Source: Octopus vulgaris (lineage: Eukaryota). Taken from it: 64,000 nucleotides of DNA. Below the pieces are notes generated by a model. It was not told the DNA's origin. It searched no databases and saw only the letters and a list, made by a program, of their open reading frames with translations. The stretch spans positions 3,782,001 through 3,846,000 of the forward strand of contig OX597830.1 of NCBI GenBank assembly GCA_951406725.2, read 5' to 3'. Below, piece by piece: positions 41,257-54,772 of the stretch (within the stretch, counting starts at the first letter, position 1; each line of letters starts with the position of its first letter). The position numbers were made by a program, and so were the translations under genes.

Positions 41257-43722
41257 AAATTCATAGAATTAAATTAAATTAAAACAGATGGACACCTTAG
41301 TATAATTTTGCCTAAAATCTCCAAGAAGGTAAGGAGATAGATGAAAATCATGCTGCCTCCACTTCAGCTTATATACACTCATATATATCAATTATAATCA
41401 AGGATAAAATCTTGTTAGGATTTTATCTAGTAGGTAGCATGTAAAACCAATTTAGGTAACAATTAATACAAAGTATTTAATTTTATAAATATAATTATGA
41501 TAAAGGCAAGTTTTGAGTAATGCCACATGCTAGAAGAAGATGCCAAATTCGTATGGTATGTATAAATGTTTATAATCATGTACTTTCAGTTATGTCATAC
41601 TGAGGACAGTAAAGTAGTATTACATCACTAGACCAGTTTCCCACCAGGTGGCATACCAGTCAGAGAAATTTTGATTCTTACTTTATTGCTTGTGTATTGA
41701 ATAGAAGGCTCTTAATTTGCAGTCTGGTTCAAAAGTACAACTTAGCCCTTCGGGAACTTTTAGTAGAGTCCACTCTGTCAAAAGCATTTGGCCCAGGTAT
41801 CAAGATAGCTTCTTTGTCTTTCACTAGCCTAAAGAGTCATTTAAAAGATCAAGGGCTTGTCTTCTCTCCTCACATTAAATACAACAATAAAGATAACAGT
41901 ATTTGAAAGATGATTTCATAAACTTTCTTCTGTATCCAGCCAATAGCAATATTTTTGGAAATTAAAGAGTCGTTGCTCATCTTTTGTAATAATTATTTGA
42001 TAAAGACTGTTTGAAACTGAATTTTTATTTTTAATTACATTCCAGTTGATAGTAATTATAATTACACAATTTGATTTAATGTCTTCTTGTAGGATTCCTT
42101 CAGAGTTTTGCTGCGAGTATCATGTTTGGTGTCAAGACTTGATATTCTTGTATTCTTTTCTTAATATTTCAATGATGTCACTAATTGAAAAAAGACTTCT
42201 TTTAGATCAATGGGACATTTGTGTTTGCTCATCCTGCTAAAAGCAGTAGCTGAAATCGCCCTCGTAGTTCAATACTTGAAAAACAAAAAACTGGTTGATC
42301 ATAACTGTTACTCCTTTGGTCGTAGCTCTGCTGAAACACACTGGTTCAGGGCTAAATAAAAACAACATTAGTTGTTTTGCATTTTATGAGAAGCAGTTTA
42401 TTTTTCATTTTCAATTAATGTAAATATTGTTTCAATATTCCAAACAACAAAGGAATTATGATAGTTGTTTTTATTCCGGATAAACCTCAAAATTACGTAG
42501 CATTTCATTCAAAATGTGCTGCAATTAAAATTAAACAGATTTTTAGTCCAGATACACATTAGTTAAAATTAATTAGATTTTAATTGCGGGTGCACTTCAG
42601 TTGTAATTAAATAAATTTTAATCCCAGATATATATTTGAATTAAACCTTTTCATATGTTGAAACCACAATTAAGACAAAGTTAATAGTAAATAGGTATCA
42701 TGAATGTGCACAGGTCACAGTTACAAAAAGTAGATGCAGAGTACAACTAACAAATGTGATGCTAATTTGAAGTGCTGAGTTCAAATTCTAGAGTAGAGTA
42801 GAATCTACCAAAGACTAGTGTCTCTTTACATTCTGTGGTTAAAGTATGTCTCAACTGTTTAATGGAGTTTTGTTTTCAAATAATATCTTATTTTGTGAAA
42901 GCTAAATGCACCCTATAGCCTGCTTTATTGTAAACCATTATATAGTACATAACTTTTGAAAATATCTATTTATCTATATTTTCCCAGCAACAACAACTTG
43001 TATTAAGGAAGACAATTTTATTTTCTGACTAATGTTGTCCAAAGACTTCTTTTCCTCACTTTCTCCATCCTCAGATTGAAGTCATCTTTCAAAGAAATCT
43101 AATTGTTTAAAGTTTCTAAAGAATATAACAGAAGACGCTTGGAGGTTAGAGTCCTTACCATTGGTTTCCATAATAAACAGATGAAACACATATAAATATT
43201 TTCCAGACAAATAGGAAATAGCTTCATCCGTTATTGAGAAGACTAGAAAAATTCTTTATGTATTTACTAAACTCACTATGTCTAAGAATATAAGACAGAG
43301 GAGATTTTATGAATCCTACCTGAAAAGTTATTTTAGCTGGGAGCGATTTCTAATTTTTGTCACCCCCACCTAAAAAAACAAAAAAATAAATAAATTCACG
43401 AAGTGTGTCTTCTACAAAACAGTACATCATATCTATCCAAGTTGCAGTCTTGTCAACTACATCCGGAATAAAAATATTTACCATTTGGATAAGCTTTTAT
43501 TGCTAAACAAATATTCACTTTCATCTGATCAAAACAGTTTCTTACTATCAACAGTTTTTTTTATAACTTTTCTGTACTTTTGAACTTTTGATAAATTTCT
43601 AACAGGATTGATATGTTATACTTAGCAATGTATTTCATTTCTCTCACCTGTCCTGCCACATTCATCTTGTACTTAATGTATTACATACCTGCCACATGTC
43701 CTGTTACATTAATTGTATACTT

Positions 43723-44033
43723 GAAGGCAGTAAGCTGGCAGAAGCATTAGCACGCCGGGCGAAATGCTTAGCGGTATTTTGTCTGTCTTTACATTCTGAG
43801 TTCAAATTCCACCGAGGTCGATTTTGCCTTTCATCCTTTCGGGATCAATAAATTAAGCATCAGTTATGCACTGGGGTTGATGTAATCGACTTAATCCATC
43901 TGTCTGTCCTTGTTGACTTTGTCTTTCATCCTTTCAGGGTCGATAAACTAATTACCAGTTGTGTACTGGGATCGATCTAATTGACTGGGCCCCTCCCCCC
44001 AAATTTCAGGCTTTGTATCTAGAATAGAAAAGA
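43723..44033 (+). mobile_element. SINE, same family as 36373, with internal duplication
   Basis: Same head and core; the TTTCATCCTTTC block occurs twice. Sits between two ~100-bp repeat units (43621-43722 and 44041-44142). Confidence 0.8.
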
Positions 44034-44434
44034 TTGTGAACTTAGCAATGTATTTCATTTCTATCACATGTCCTGCTACATTCATCATGTACTTAATGTA
44101 TTACATGCCTGCCACATGTCCTGTCACATTAATTGTGTACTTAGTAATGCATTTCATGTCTGCTACATGTCCTGCTACATGTCCTGCTACATTCTTCTTC
44201 TCAACATTTACATTAATTATTAAGAGGACACCCACACATGTAAACACATTTCATACCTGTGCATGCAAAGATGTGAATATCCATGATATAAACTTGTAAT
44301 CACCTTCACAAAGGATTTGCACACACACATACACACTGTCAAATTTTGACAAATGTAAGAAATAATATATGCATGTAAAATCTCAGCCAATTCAGCAGAG
44401 CCTATTGTTGTTACGGTTCTTGTTGTTGTTGCAG

Positions 44435-44503
44435 ACATATCATCTATGAGATTCCGGATGTGACCTACCTTTCAGACATAATTATCATGAATTACACCGA
44501 ATG
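44435..44503 (+). CDS. Candidate 69-nt internal exon of an unidentified host gene
   Basis: Pyrimidine-rich TTCTTGTTGTTGTTGCAG acceptor, GTAAGT donor at 44504, length divisible by 3, open phase-2 frame HIIYEIPDVTYLSDIIIMNYTE; not part of any repeat seen. Confidence 0.45.
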
Positions 44504-44782
44504 GTAAGTCTTGCATTTTATTATATTAAGTAAAATGTCGTTTAAGCAACCCTTAAGCATTCAGATTACTTTATCAAATGTAATGTTTAATTATTCACGT
44601 CATTTCGAACTAATTGTATGTTATGTTGTAGCTTTGTGATTTCAATCATGTGATTGCTTATTTTTGGAGTGACATTGTAGGGCAAGTGTGAGTGGCCGGA
44701 TCTGGCCATTTGTAACACAAAACAGATATTATATTTGAGCCAGGTATGGCCAGTTTAAATGCTAATGAGTTAAAGGTACATT

Positions 44783-45018
44783 TGGCGGTGAGCTGGCAGA
44801 AACGATAGCACGTCGGGCGAGTTGCTTTGCGGTATTTCATCTGCTGCAACGTTGTGAGTTCAAATTCCGCCAAGGTCGACTTTGCTTTTCATCCTTTCGG
44901 GGTTGATAAATTAAGTATCAGTTATGCACTGGGGTCGATGTAATCGACTTAATACTTACGTATGTCCTTGTTTGTCCCCTCTATGTTTAGCCCCTTGTGG
45001 GTAATAAAGAAATAGGTA
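44783..45018 (+). mobile_element. SINE, same family as 36373
   Basis: Same head and core; flanked by the direct repeat AGGTACATTTGGC (TSD-like). Older copies at 905-1118, 35365-35520(-), 49640-49855, 56680-56785 and 57418-57610. Confidence 0.85.
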
Positions 45019-46194
45019 CATTTGGCTGTTATTTCTTGCAGTTTAAGTGTCCATGTAGATGAGCCTGAAAAACCTCTTGTCTGCCAATAGCTCCTCAGTG
45101 CCTTGTTGTTTTCCTTTTGGCCATAACATATATCAGAGAGAGGAGAAACTCGATAATAAGCTTGTTAGAGAATCTAAAATTACTGTGGCTGTTTTTTATT
45201 TACCTTTTATCAGTTGGAATTAACAGATGGTTATCACAACAGCATATGGGTTCCATATGTGAGAAGGTGTGTACATGCAAAGGTGAAGAATATGGTTAAG
45301 AAGTTTGGGGGTGGAGAAAAGAAAGGAATAGGTCTGTAAGGTGTTGAATAAGGATTAAGGTAAATAATAACAGAAACTAGATTGGTTGGTGGAGGAATGT
45401 TAAGCATTTCTCCAGACATTCGAGGACACACACACACACACACACGTATATATGCATAAACACCTGCACACATACAGACACTCACACACACACATACATG
45501 TAGAAATGCATGTACTCACATATGCAGGCACATATGCACACACTCACACATACAGGCAAACACATACTCTCATACACATGCAAACATACACAAACATACA
45601 CACATTTACAAAAAAAGAGTTTGAAAGGAAAAAAAATAGTGTTAATGCAAAGACAAATTGGCGTTGTATAATATAATTATATAATACCACAGTATCAACC
45701 AGACTATCAGATATTGTTATACACCGCTATTCACAGTGCTCTTCCAATGTCTTCATTGCACCATTCTTTACCCTCTTGACCTAAGTTGCTTAACTAAATT
45801 CTCTTCCCATCATCAAGGAGGCCTCCCAATGGGACCCTTTCTGGTCTCTTGGATACCACTCACAATTGCATGGATCCACCTGCTGTCTGTGAACCTGGTG
45901 ACATATCCAGTCCAGTTGAACTTCTGCCTTCATTACTCAGCTATCAAATCATTCACTCCACTCCATTCTCGTGAAATGAAAAGAATTAAATGATATAATA
46001 CAACAGGATATAATGCAATATAAGATGTACATAGAAACTCATGTACCTGTGTGCAATGTAAATGACGTATGTCTATGTATGCGTGTTTGTGTGTACACAC
46101 ACACACACACACATGTATATATGTATATATATATATATATACAAATATGTGTGTGTGTAAATATATATATATAAAGAGTGTGTGTGAGTGCGTG

Positions 46195-46390
46195 TGTATT
46201 GTTGGCAATTTTTTTCCACCGTCTTCCCTTCCTTGGATCTTTCCTTTTCCTATGTTTCTGATGAAGAGCTCTGCTCGAAACATTAAGTCCTCCTTCTTTC
46301 TTTCCTTTCCTGAGCGTCCAACAACACTCTACTTGTTTCCCGTCCTCGTGTTGTGTTTTCTCTTTGTGTTTTCATGTTTGGATTAACTAT
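46195..46390 (+). mobile_element. ~200-bp hammerhead-bearing repeat (minimal-HHR family)
   Basis: TTT-CTGATGA(46258)-a-GAGC-TCT-GCTC-GAAA-CATT-AA; closely similar to 40370-40558; flanked by TA/TG repeats. Confidence 0.7.
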
Positions 46391-49300
46391 ATATATATAT
46401 ATATACACACACACACTTTTTGCTGCATATCAGGAGGGTCATTATACCTGTAAAAACGTTAATTATGAAGTCAGTTAATTAATAGATTGTTAAATTAATC
46501 ATTCAGTTAATCACTCCATCAGTTACATTTGTCAAAGTCTTTATGTATCCCTCCATGACCTTTTTAATGCCATGCCCTCTGTACTGCAGGTTTAACTTGA
46601 AAAACAGGCAAGGGTTAGTGAGAAGAGCAGCACCAGTTATAAAAGTCCTGCATCCTATACTTCACTGTCTAAGCTATACTGGTGTGGAAAAATCAATGTT
46701 AAAATGAATGAATAAATAATGCGTTTAGACTCACGGTAAAGTTATGATTTGATAGTGTCTTACTGTCTCCTTATCTTGGCATTGTGTAGTAGTTTTAAAC
46801 AAGCATCACTGCCGTGCAAGCAGTGTCCTTCATAACCAATCTTCCATGAAAACATGTCTGGCCATGGGAAAATATTACCTTCTTTCAAAGCAGGTGAAGG
46901 TTGGTGACAGGAAGGGCCTCCAGCTGTAGAAACTCTACCTCAAAAAATTCCATCTAATGACTTTGAGTATGGAAAAGTAGACATTAAAATGATGATTAGG
47001 ATGATTTGATGATGTTGATGATGATGACAGCACCTGATTCCAGGTTCAATCTTACCCTGTGACACCTTGATTGAATCTTTTCTACTACATCTTCAGGTTC
47101 ACTAATACCTTGTGGGTGGAGTTTGCTTGACAAAATCTCCATCGAAGCCCATCATATGAATTTATGACACCATGAATTTTTATTAAAGCAACTTTTTAGC
47201 ACATAGCTGTTCTGAAAATGATTTTACAAATACACCAGCTGAATAGCCCATCATTGCCAGGCAATTTTTACAATAGAATGTCTCACATAAATTTTTATTT
47301 ATTTGATGTCAGAGCATTCCTTCTCCGACAGATTGGCCTCTTGATCAACACAGATTTGTGTAATTTTTCACCAAAAACCTGCATTGAGGATTTTTTTCCG
47401 TTTTGAATTATTTACTTGTCTGTTCGACCATTTCACTTTGACTTTATTCATTAAAACTTCAGAAGTTCTTACAACTTTGGTCATCATAATGTTTTGCTTT
47501 CGTTCGTTTAATAAAGATTCCTCCTAATGATTTTGTTTTCATTTCGTGATAGACAGCTATCATGCAGAAAGTGCCAGCTTTCAAATCCTGTTTTCTGATT
47601 AGGTAAAATTGATTAAACTTTGAACCTCAGTAAAATATTTCTGCAATTTTTCTGGAACAAATAAAAATCAGATTTAACATGGAAAGTTATTTCAATATAT
47701 CAAATTTGGAATTTTTGATGTAATTTTAAAATCTCACAATATGTGACAGCAACAGGGAAGACCCTACAAAAGTTGAGAGACAGACAGTTATAGGACGTCC
47801 CACACACACATTTACAAATGTACACACAAGAAATCATGAGTTTTAAATGGTGTATAGTAAACATATGTACATATGTATGTATGTGTCTGTGTGTGAGTGC
47901 TTCTTTGTGATGGACAGCAGAAAAGCCACCTACCTCATCTCTCCTTAAAGCTATCTATTCCTCATACCCACCATTCTGCGAGTGTGTGTGTGTGTTTTAT
48001 CAATGCGTTTATGAAAGTATGTATGCAGTGTCATGTGTATATGACTGTTGTATTATCCCATTGCCACTGCTTTCTCACCATCACTGATATAAGTTACCCT
48101 CCCTCTGCTACTACCTTTCCCTCAGACTAATACTTTTTGCAACCTTCTCATTTTATCATATAATTCATACAATACCCCGGGGGTGGGGGGCACATTATAG
48201 ATTTTTATTGAAATCCAATTAGCCTATTATTGAACTAGATGTTAGTGTAACATGTATACAAAGTTTTGTGAATATTGGTTCATTGGTTTAGGCACTAAGA
48301 TGGTAACAGATAGACAAAAGTTGCTATTTGTATATTAGATTTTGTCGACCGGACTAGTAGAATAAGTGGCAGGTTTAAACAAATAAAAGGGCTGGGGTTG
48401 ATTCATTTGATAAATTAAAAGATTCTTGAAGGCCTTGCCCCAGCATGGCAACACTCGAATGACTGAAACAAGTAAAAGAGAAAAGATAGTCATTTGATTT
48501 GTGAATGTTTTTATAGTTTTGTGGACATCAAAACTTTAGATAAATCAGACAATATGATCTCTTCTGCCAAGCTCCTTCATAGGCCATTTGGAAACAGCAT
48601 GGATTGAGGCTGTATACTAAACAAATGGCTGACATCCAGAATTTCTGATACTTCATTGGAATATATATGTACATGTGCAGTTATGTAGCACATACAAATA
48701 ATAGTGTTGAATGGTGGCACCAAGCATTTAGAAGAAAACCATACATCATCCTATATTAGGTAAACTTGTGAAAAAATTTCAACATGAGAAAGGTGCAAAA
48801 GTGTTATTTATTAAATAATTTTCTGCTAGTATTGGATGGCAAACCAGAAAAAAAAAAAGAAAACCCAGAAGATATTTTGCTACAGTGAGCAAAGAGCTAA
48901 TGAATATTGAGACAGTGTGTCATGCTGTTGATTGTCAAATAATTATCTATTATCTGTGGTAATTAGCTAATGAAACTGGTACAAATGGAAATCCTTTAAC
49001 TTCTATTTCTGTTTCATTTTTTAAAATGAATTTTTGCATGGAAATTGTATTTCTATTTTACATTAAGAATTATTGGATATTTAAAATTATGCTGTACTCA
49101 AAAGTATTCTACAAAACAATTATTCTACACAGGTAATAAGTTAGGTGATGTACAAAATGCCATATGCAAAAATGTTTTTAATTAATTTGTTAGCGTCTCT
49201 GAAAAGGTGGGGAAATAATTTCAAGAAATGAAAATTCTATCTCGCAAAGATAATTCCCATGTTTAACTCTTTAGAATTCAGATTACTTTGTCAAATGTAA

Positions 49301-51067
49301 TTCTCATTGGTTCATATTGTTTTGAATTAACCTTGCATTATATCAAAGCCTTAACATTTCAATGACGTTGTAGGGCAGGTGTGTGAGGCTGAATCTGGCA
49401 GACTTACTCATAAAACAGGTAGAATATTTGGACCAGACATGGCCCAGTTTTAAAAGAAAGAAAGTTTGATTTTTGTTTTCAGTCAAGGAACTGCAAAATT
49501 GGCCTATTAGACCTTAGCAACAGAGAATAATTTACCCAAGTTTGCTTAATCAGGTGACAAATCGTTTTTGAGAAAGTAAAAGAATTATGAATAAATCTTG
49601 GTCTGTCAAATTAAATTTATAATAATATTCTACAAAATAAGGCAGCAAGCTGGCAGAAATGTTTGCACGCTGGGCAAAATGCTTAGTGGAATTTTGCCTG
49701 TCTTTATGTTCTGAGTTCAAATTCTGCAGAGGTTGACTTTGCCTTTCATCCTTTCGGGGTTGAAAAATTAAGTACCAGTTGCTTACTGTGGTTGATCTAA
49801 TTGACTGGTGCCCTCACCAAAAATTCCAGGCCTTGTTCCTATTGTAGAAAAGAATATTATTCTACAAAAAGTAGTTTTGATAAAAAGTTGTTTGATGAGT
49901 ATATATTTGTAAAATTATTCTATGAAGATAATTTCAATAGAAACATGTTTCAATCAAAAGTTGTTAGATGACAAATATATTTGAAAGCTATTTTTATGAA
50001 GGTAGTTTTGATAAAATGTCATTTGATGAAATGTGTTATTTCCACAATACGTTGTGCATGTATATGTATTGTTCATCAATGAATATATATCAAAGAAATA
50101 TATAGACGGTGGTCAGAAACTCCAGTCGTTTTAGATATGAAGTTCACTGAAGTACTCCAAGGGACATGGAAACCTTTATTATTCCCAATACTAGAAACGT
50201 AGTGAACCAGAGATTGGTCCATTAGAAACCTATAATAAATAATAACAGGGTTCATGAATTGTGATACAAAATGATCAGAAATAAAATACTGATGGAAACG
50301 GTGTAGGAGTTGTTAATGAAGAAGTATTATTCTGTGATTATGAATATATCTATAGATTTTAGCCAACACCTTATCATAATGGATCTTCATTTCATGAATG
50401 AGTACTCAAGCTATTTATCAATTCTTTGCAAAGCTGACTGGGTATTCCACAGGCATGTGTATCTTAATTGGGATTCTCGAGCATATGAATCCCAGTTGAG
50501 CACGTGACAGTGTGACAATACTGGACCTTTGAATTACAAGTGCAGTCCAGCTGACATGCTTCCTCACAGTTTCCATTTACTCAATTTCACTTACGTGTTT
50601 TGGATCAAACCTAGACTAGAGTAAACTATACCTGTCTGAGATGCCATGCAGTCAATTGTTACTAAGCTGGGATCTCAGAACTGCATGGCTAACAACTAAA
50701 CCATTCAGCCATATTGCACACACATACACACACACATGATGGGCTTCTTTCAGTTTCTGTCTACCGAATCCTCTCATGTGGCTTTGATTGGCCAAGGCTA
50801 TAGGAGAAGACACTTGCCCAAGGTGCCACGCAGTGGGACTGAACCTGGAACCATGTGGTTGGGAAGCAAAATTATCACATAGCCAACCTATACCTGTGCC
50901 CGTTAGAGGAGGAATGTAGAGAATCATTAAGTGTTTTAATGATTTTAAGTTCCATTCCACTTTGTGGTAGCTTCAGGGAATGTCTTTACATCTTTGCTTA
51001 TACTCTTAGGCTGACCAATTCTTTGTTATTGAAATTGGAGGGAAACTCCACAGAAATCTGTCAAATA

Positions 51068-51119
<52 letters not shown>

Positions 51120-51344
51120 CACTCTCAAGTATGGGTGTATGATTTTGTGTGTCTTTATAGTGGCACCATTGGGGAAATGGTGATATTGTGCACATGTCTC
51201 TTGGTTTCAACTTATGAAGACCAGTGAAATAAAAATATCTTATTTCAAAAACACAAAGGCCCCTGACAGCTGAAAGAAGAGCATCTTGCCGCAGAATGTT
51301 GGTTTAGTAAGTCATAACCCATGCCAGCATGGAAAAATCATGTC

Positions 51345-51670
51345 GATAACAATGATGAGGAGGATGATAATAATGGTGATGATGATGATGATGATGATGA
51401 CAAAAGTGGTGATGATGATGATGATAACAATAATCGTGATGATGATGATCATAATGGTGATGATGACAATAATGGTGATGATGAGAATGATGGTGACAAT
51501 AGTGGTGGTGATGATGATGACCATAATAGTGATGATGATGATGACAATAATGGTGATGATGATGATGTTCATCATCATCATCGTCAACATGCCACTGCTG
51601 CTGACATCATTGCCATTTTTGCTGGCATTGACAACAATGTTGACAAAGATGCTGACAATGATGATGATAT
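51345..51670. repeat. Degenerate (GAT)n expansion, probably the tail of an RTE-type SINE
   Basis: Follows AACCCATGCCAGCATGGAAAA, the 3' motif also seen at 37122, 38171 and (reverse) 27645. Confidence 0.8.
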
Positions 51671-52012
51671 AATCTAACAACATTGTCGGTTGTGTTGATT
51701 CTAACAATGACAACATATCCTGATAGAGATGAAAGAAAAAAAAATATACGTAAAACAAGCAACAGATCTTGCTGATTCAGATAATATTGATAATATTTTC
51801 TATGAATTCTGAGAAAGCTTCAGGTAAATCTTGGCTTAAAAATACTTATTTTTATGATGGAGTAAAATATACTGTTTCTGCTTTGTGACTTTAAATCAAG
51901 TTTATATGGAAATATATTCAGAAAGCGACAGAAAGAAATAACTGATTGAATATGGCCATAACATCATCAACAACAAGAACAGTAAAAAGAAAATTTCATG
52001 TGTGTGTGTGCG

Positions 52013-52064
<52 letters not shown>

Positions 52065-52404
52065 TGTATGAACAACAAGTCCTGTTGTCGTCTGTTAATT
52101 TTATTATTCATTTATTTGCATTGACTATATATATATATATATATAAATATATATATGTATACATACATATATATATATACATATATATATATACATACAT
52201 ACATACATACATACATACATAGATATATATACATACATATATGCATATATATATATACATATATACATACACACACACATATATATATATATATATACAT
52301 ACATATATATATACATATATACATACATACATATACAAAAATACATATATATATACATACATATATATATATATACATACATACATACATATATATATAT
52401 ATAC

Positions 52405-52475
<71 letters not shown>

Positions 52476-52541
52476 CATATATATACATACACATACGCAC
52501 ACATATATATATATGTACATCCATACATATTTATGTATATG

Positions 52542-52611
<70 letters not shown>

Positions 52612-53013
52612 AAGATTTTTCAAAAAGTTGAGATTAAAATAAAACTTTTCAGAGAGTGTATAAAGAAAAATCACAAAAGTACACTTGGCTTTAGGTTGTC
52701 TCAACTTCTGTTGTGTCAATGGTTCTTGAGCTGTGCAACTCTCCATGCACTCAAAGCGAATTCATACACTAGAACTTCTTCTTGAACTCTTGGGACGCTA
52801 GCATGGACTTACTGAGTTAAGGGCTACGACTTGATTTTCACCTTGTATTTTTATATATATGTTGCCGTCATCATCGTTATCATCATCATCATCATTTAAC
52901 GGCCCCTTTTCCATGGTTTGGATGGTTTGATGGAACAGACAAGCCAGAGGGCTCTGCCAGATTTTATATCTGCAAGGTTTCTACTACTGAATGCCTTTCC
53001 CAATGCCAACCAT

Positions 53014-53235
53014 ACAACATATGGCATAGTGCTTAAGAGTGCAGGCCACTAACCCCAAGATTCCAAGTTTGATTCCAGGCAGTGACCTGGATAATAATAA
53101 TAATAATAATAATAACATTGAAAAATACCTTAGGAATGAGAACCCAAGTTTGAAATTTCCCCAAGGCACCTGATGAAGGCTGGCGGGTATATCAGCCGAA
53201 ATGTTGTGTTAACAACAAACAAGATGAGGACAAAT
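53014..53235 (+). mobile_element. tRNA-headed SINE-like element carrying a hammerhead motif
   Basis: A-box-like TGGCATAGTGC at 53022, B-box-like AGTTTGATTCC at 53066, (TAA)n linker, then a hammerhead at 53165-53210. Appears to interrupt an older RTE-type repeat. Confidence 0.65.
53165..53210 (+). ncRNA. Minimal type I hammerhead motif
   Basis: GGCAC-CTGATGA-a-GGCTG(loop)CAGCC-GAAA-TG-TT-GTGTT; stem I GGCAC/GTGTT includes two G-U pairs. Confidence 0.7.
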
Positions 53236-53949
53236 GCTTTTTACTTGGTTCCAGCACTGGTGAGGTTACCAAGTACCAGCAAAGTAAGATCCCTCAGCTG
53301 AGTTGGGTATAGACTGGAGGAAGAAACTATAATAGAAGAAGTGAAGCAGGTATCTTGTAAGAGAGATGAATACATGTCTTGTGTCCCCTGGAAAGTGAGA
53401 GGGGGAAAGAATGGGATGTGAGGTCCACGTACAACATGGATGTGAAACAGAATAGGATAGAAGAGAGTAAAAGGTGGATGTGTAGGTAAATGCAGTGGTG
53501 AAATTAGTGTGAGAGATGATTAGAGATAGGGAACGAGTTGGACGTGGAGGATATCGGTTCAGTGTAGGGGGAAGGGAAAGAGACAGGGTAATATAGAAGA
53601 TTGAAGGAGGAGTGGTTGTCAGAGGATGCAGGGAAAAGCTTGGTCAGGGTTTCAATTCTGTTGAGATGGGTGGGTATGCATATATATGTGTTTGTGTGTG
53701 TATATATATGTTCTTATGTTATACATATGTATATTTATCATTATCACCATCATCATTTAACATCCGTCTCCCATGCTGGCATGGGTGGGACTATATATAT
53801 ATATATATGTATTATGTATGTATGTATAAAGGAAAGAGCTACTAATAGCTTCATGCTTTTAAATATGTGTATATGTATGTTTGTATATATGAATGTATGT
53901 ATGTACCTTTATATATGGATTTATATATGAATGAATAAATATACATAGG

Positions 53950-54112
53950 TACAGGAGTGGCTGTGTGGTAAGTAGCTTGCTTAGCAACCACATGGTTCTG
54001 GGTTCAGTCCCACTGCATGGCACCTTGGGCAAGTGTCTTCTACTATAGCCTCAGGCTGACCAAACCCTTGTGAGTGGATTTGGTCGACAGAAACTGAAAG
54101 AAGCCCGTTGTA
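53950..54112 (+). mobile_element. SINE 5' half (same family as 1440-1826)
   Basis: Near-identical head with GGTTCAGTCCC B-box-like motif; ends at the TA linker, where the Penelope-like element begins. Confidence 0.8.
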
Positions 54113-54480
54113 TATATATGTACATATATATATATATATATATATATAGTAGTAAAGCTAATTGTTCAAACCACAGTGACTATCGTTATCATTTATATGA
54201 GTAGAAAGTGTGTTTCTGCCAGTGTTTACATTTGTACGATTTTTCTATGAGTGTGTTTACTAGGGGAACCTTAGAGAAAATAATATGGAAGAGTTCAGAG
54301 TTACAAATGTTACAAAATCTCCTGCCCTTATCAAAAGGAAAGGATACAGACAGTATGAACCAATCTAACTTGAAAATTATATTGTTGTCTTTAAGACGCC
54401 AAACTAATTTACTTAGCCCTGTGCTATGTTGTTTTTTACTATCCCTGAATGTTGAGTAGTGGTTTGAAATTCTTTTGGAT

Positions 54481-54772
54481 ATCCAAAAGAATTTCAAACC
54501 ACTACTCAACATTCAGGGATAGTAAAAAACGACATAGCACAGGGCTAAGTAAATTAGTTTGGCGTCTTAAAGACAACAATATAATTTTCAAGTTAGATTG
54601 GTTCATACTGTCTGTATCCTTTCCTTTTGATAAGGGCAGGAGATTTTGTAACATTTGTAACTCTGAACTCTTCCATATTATTTTCTCTAAGGTTCCCCTA
54701 GTAAACACACTCATAGAAAAATCGTACAAATGTAAACACTGGCAGAAACACACTTTCTACTCATATAAATGA
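54481..54772 (+). pseudogene. C-terminal part of a Penelope-type GIY-YIG endonuclease (mirror copy at 54189-54480 on -)
   Basis: KRISNHYSTFR...STGLSKLVWRLKD...WFIL...CNICNSE..II...LVN...KCKH resembles the R..H...S.LSK..W.LK...W.I...C.LC..E...N...CRH pattern of PLE endonucleases. The GIY/YIG motifs themselves are truncated away. Confidence 0.75.

Noticed and set aside
51286-51758. Asp-rich or Met-rich ORFs
   Set aside because: Degenerate (GAT)n tail following an RTE-type SINE 3' motif.
51781-51823. Possible 43-nt exon (CAG...CAG/GTAAAT)
   Set aside because: Weak polypyrimidine tract and uninformative peptide; cannot be supported.
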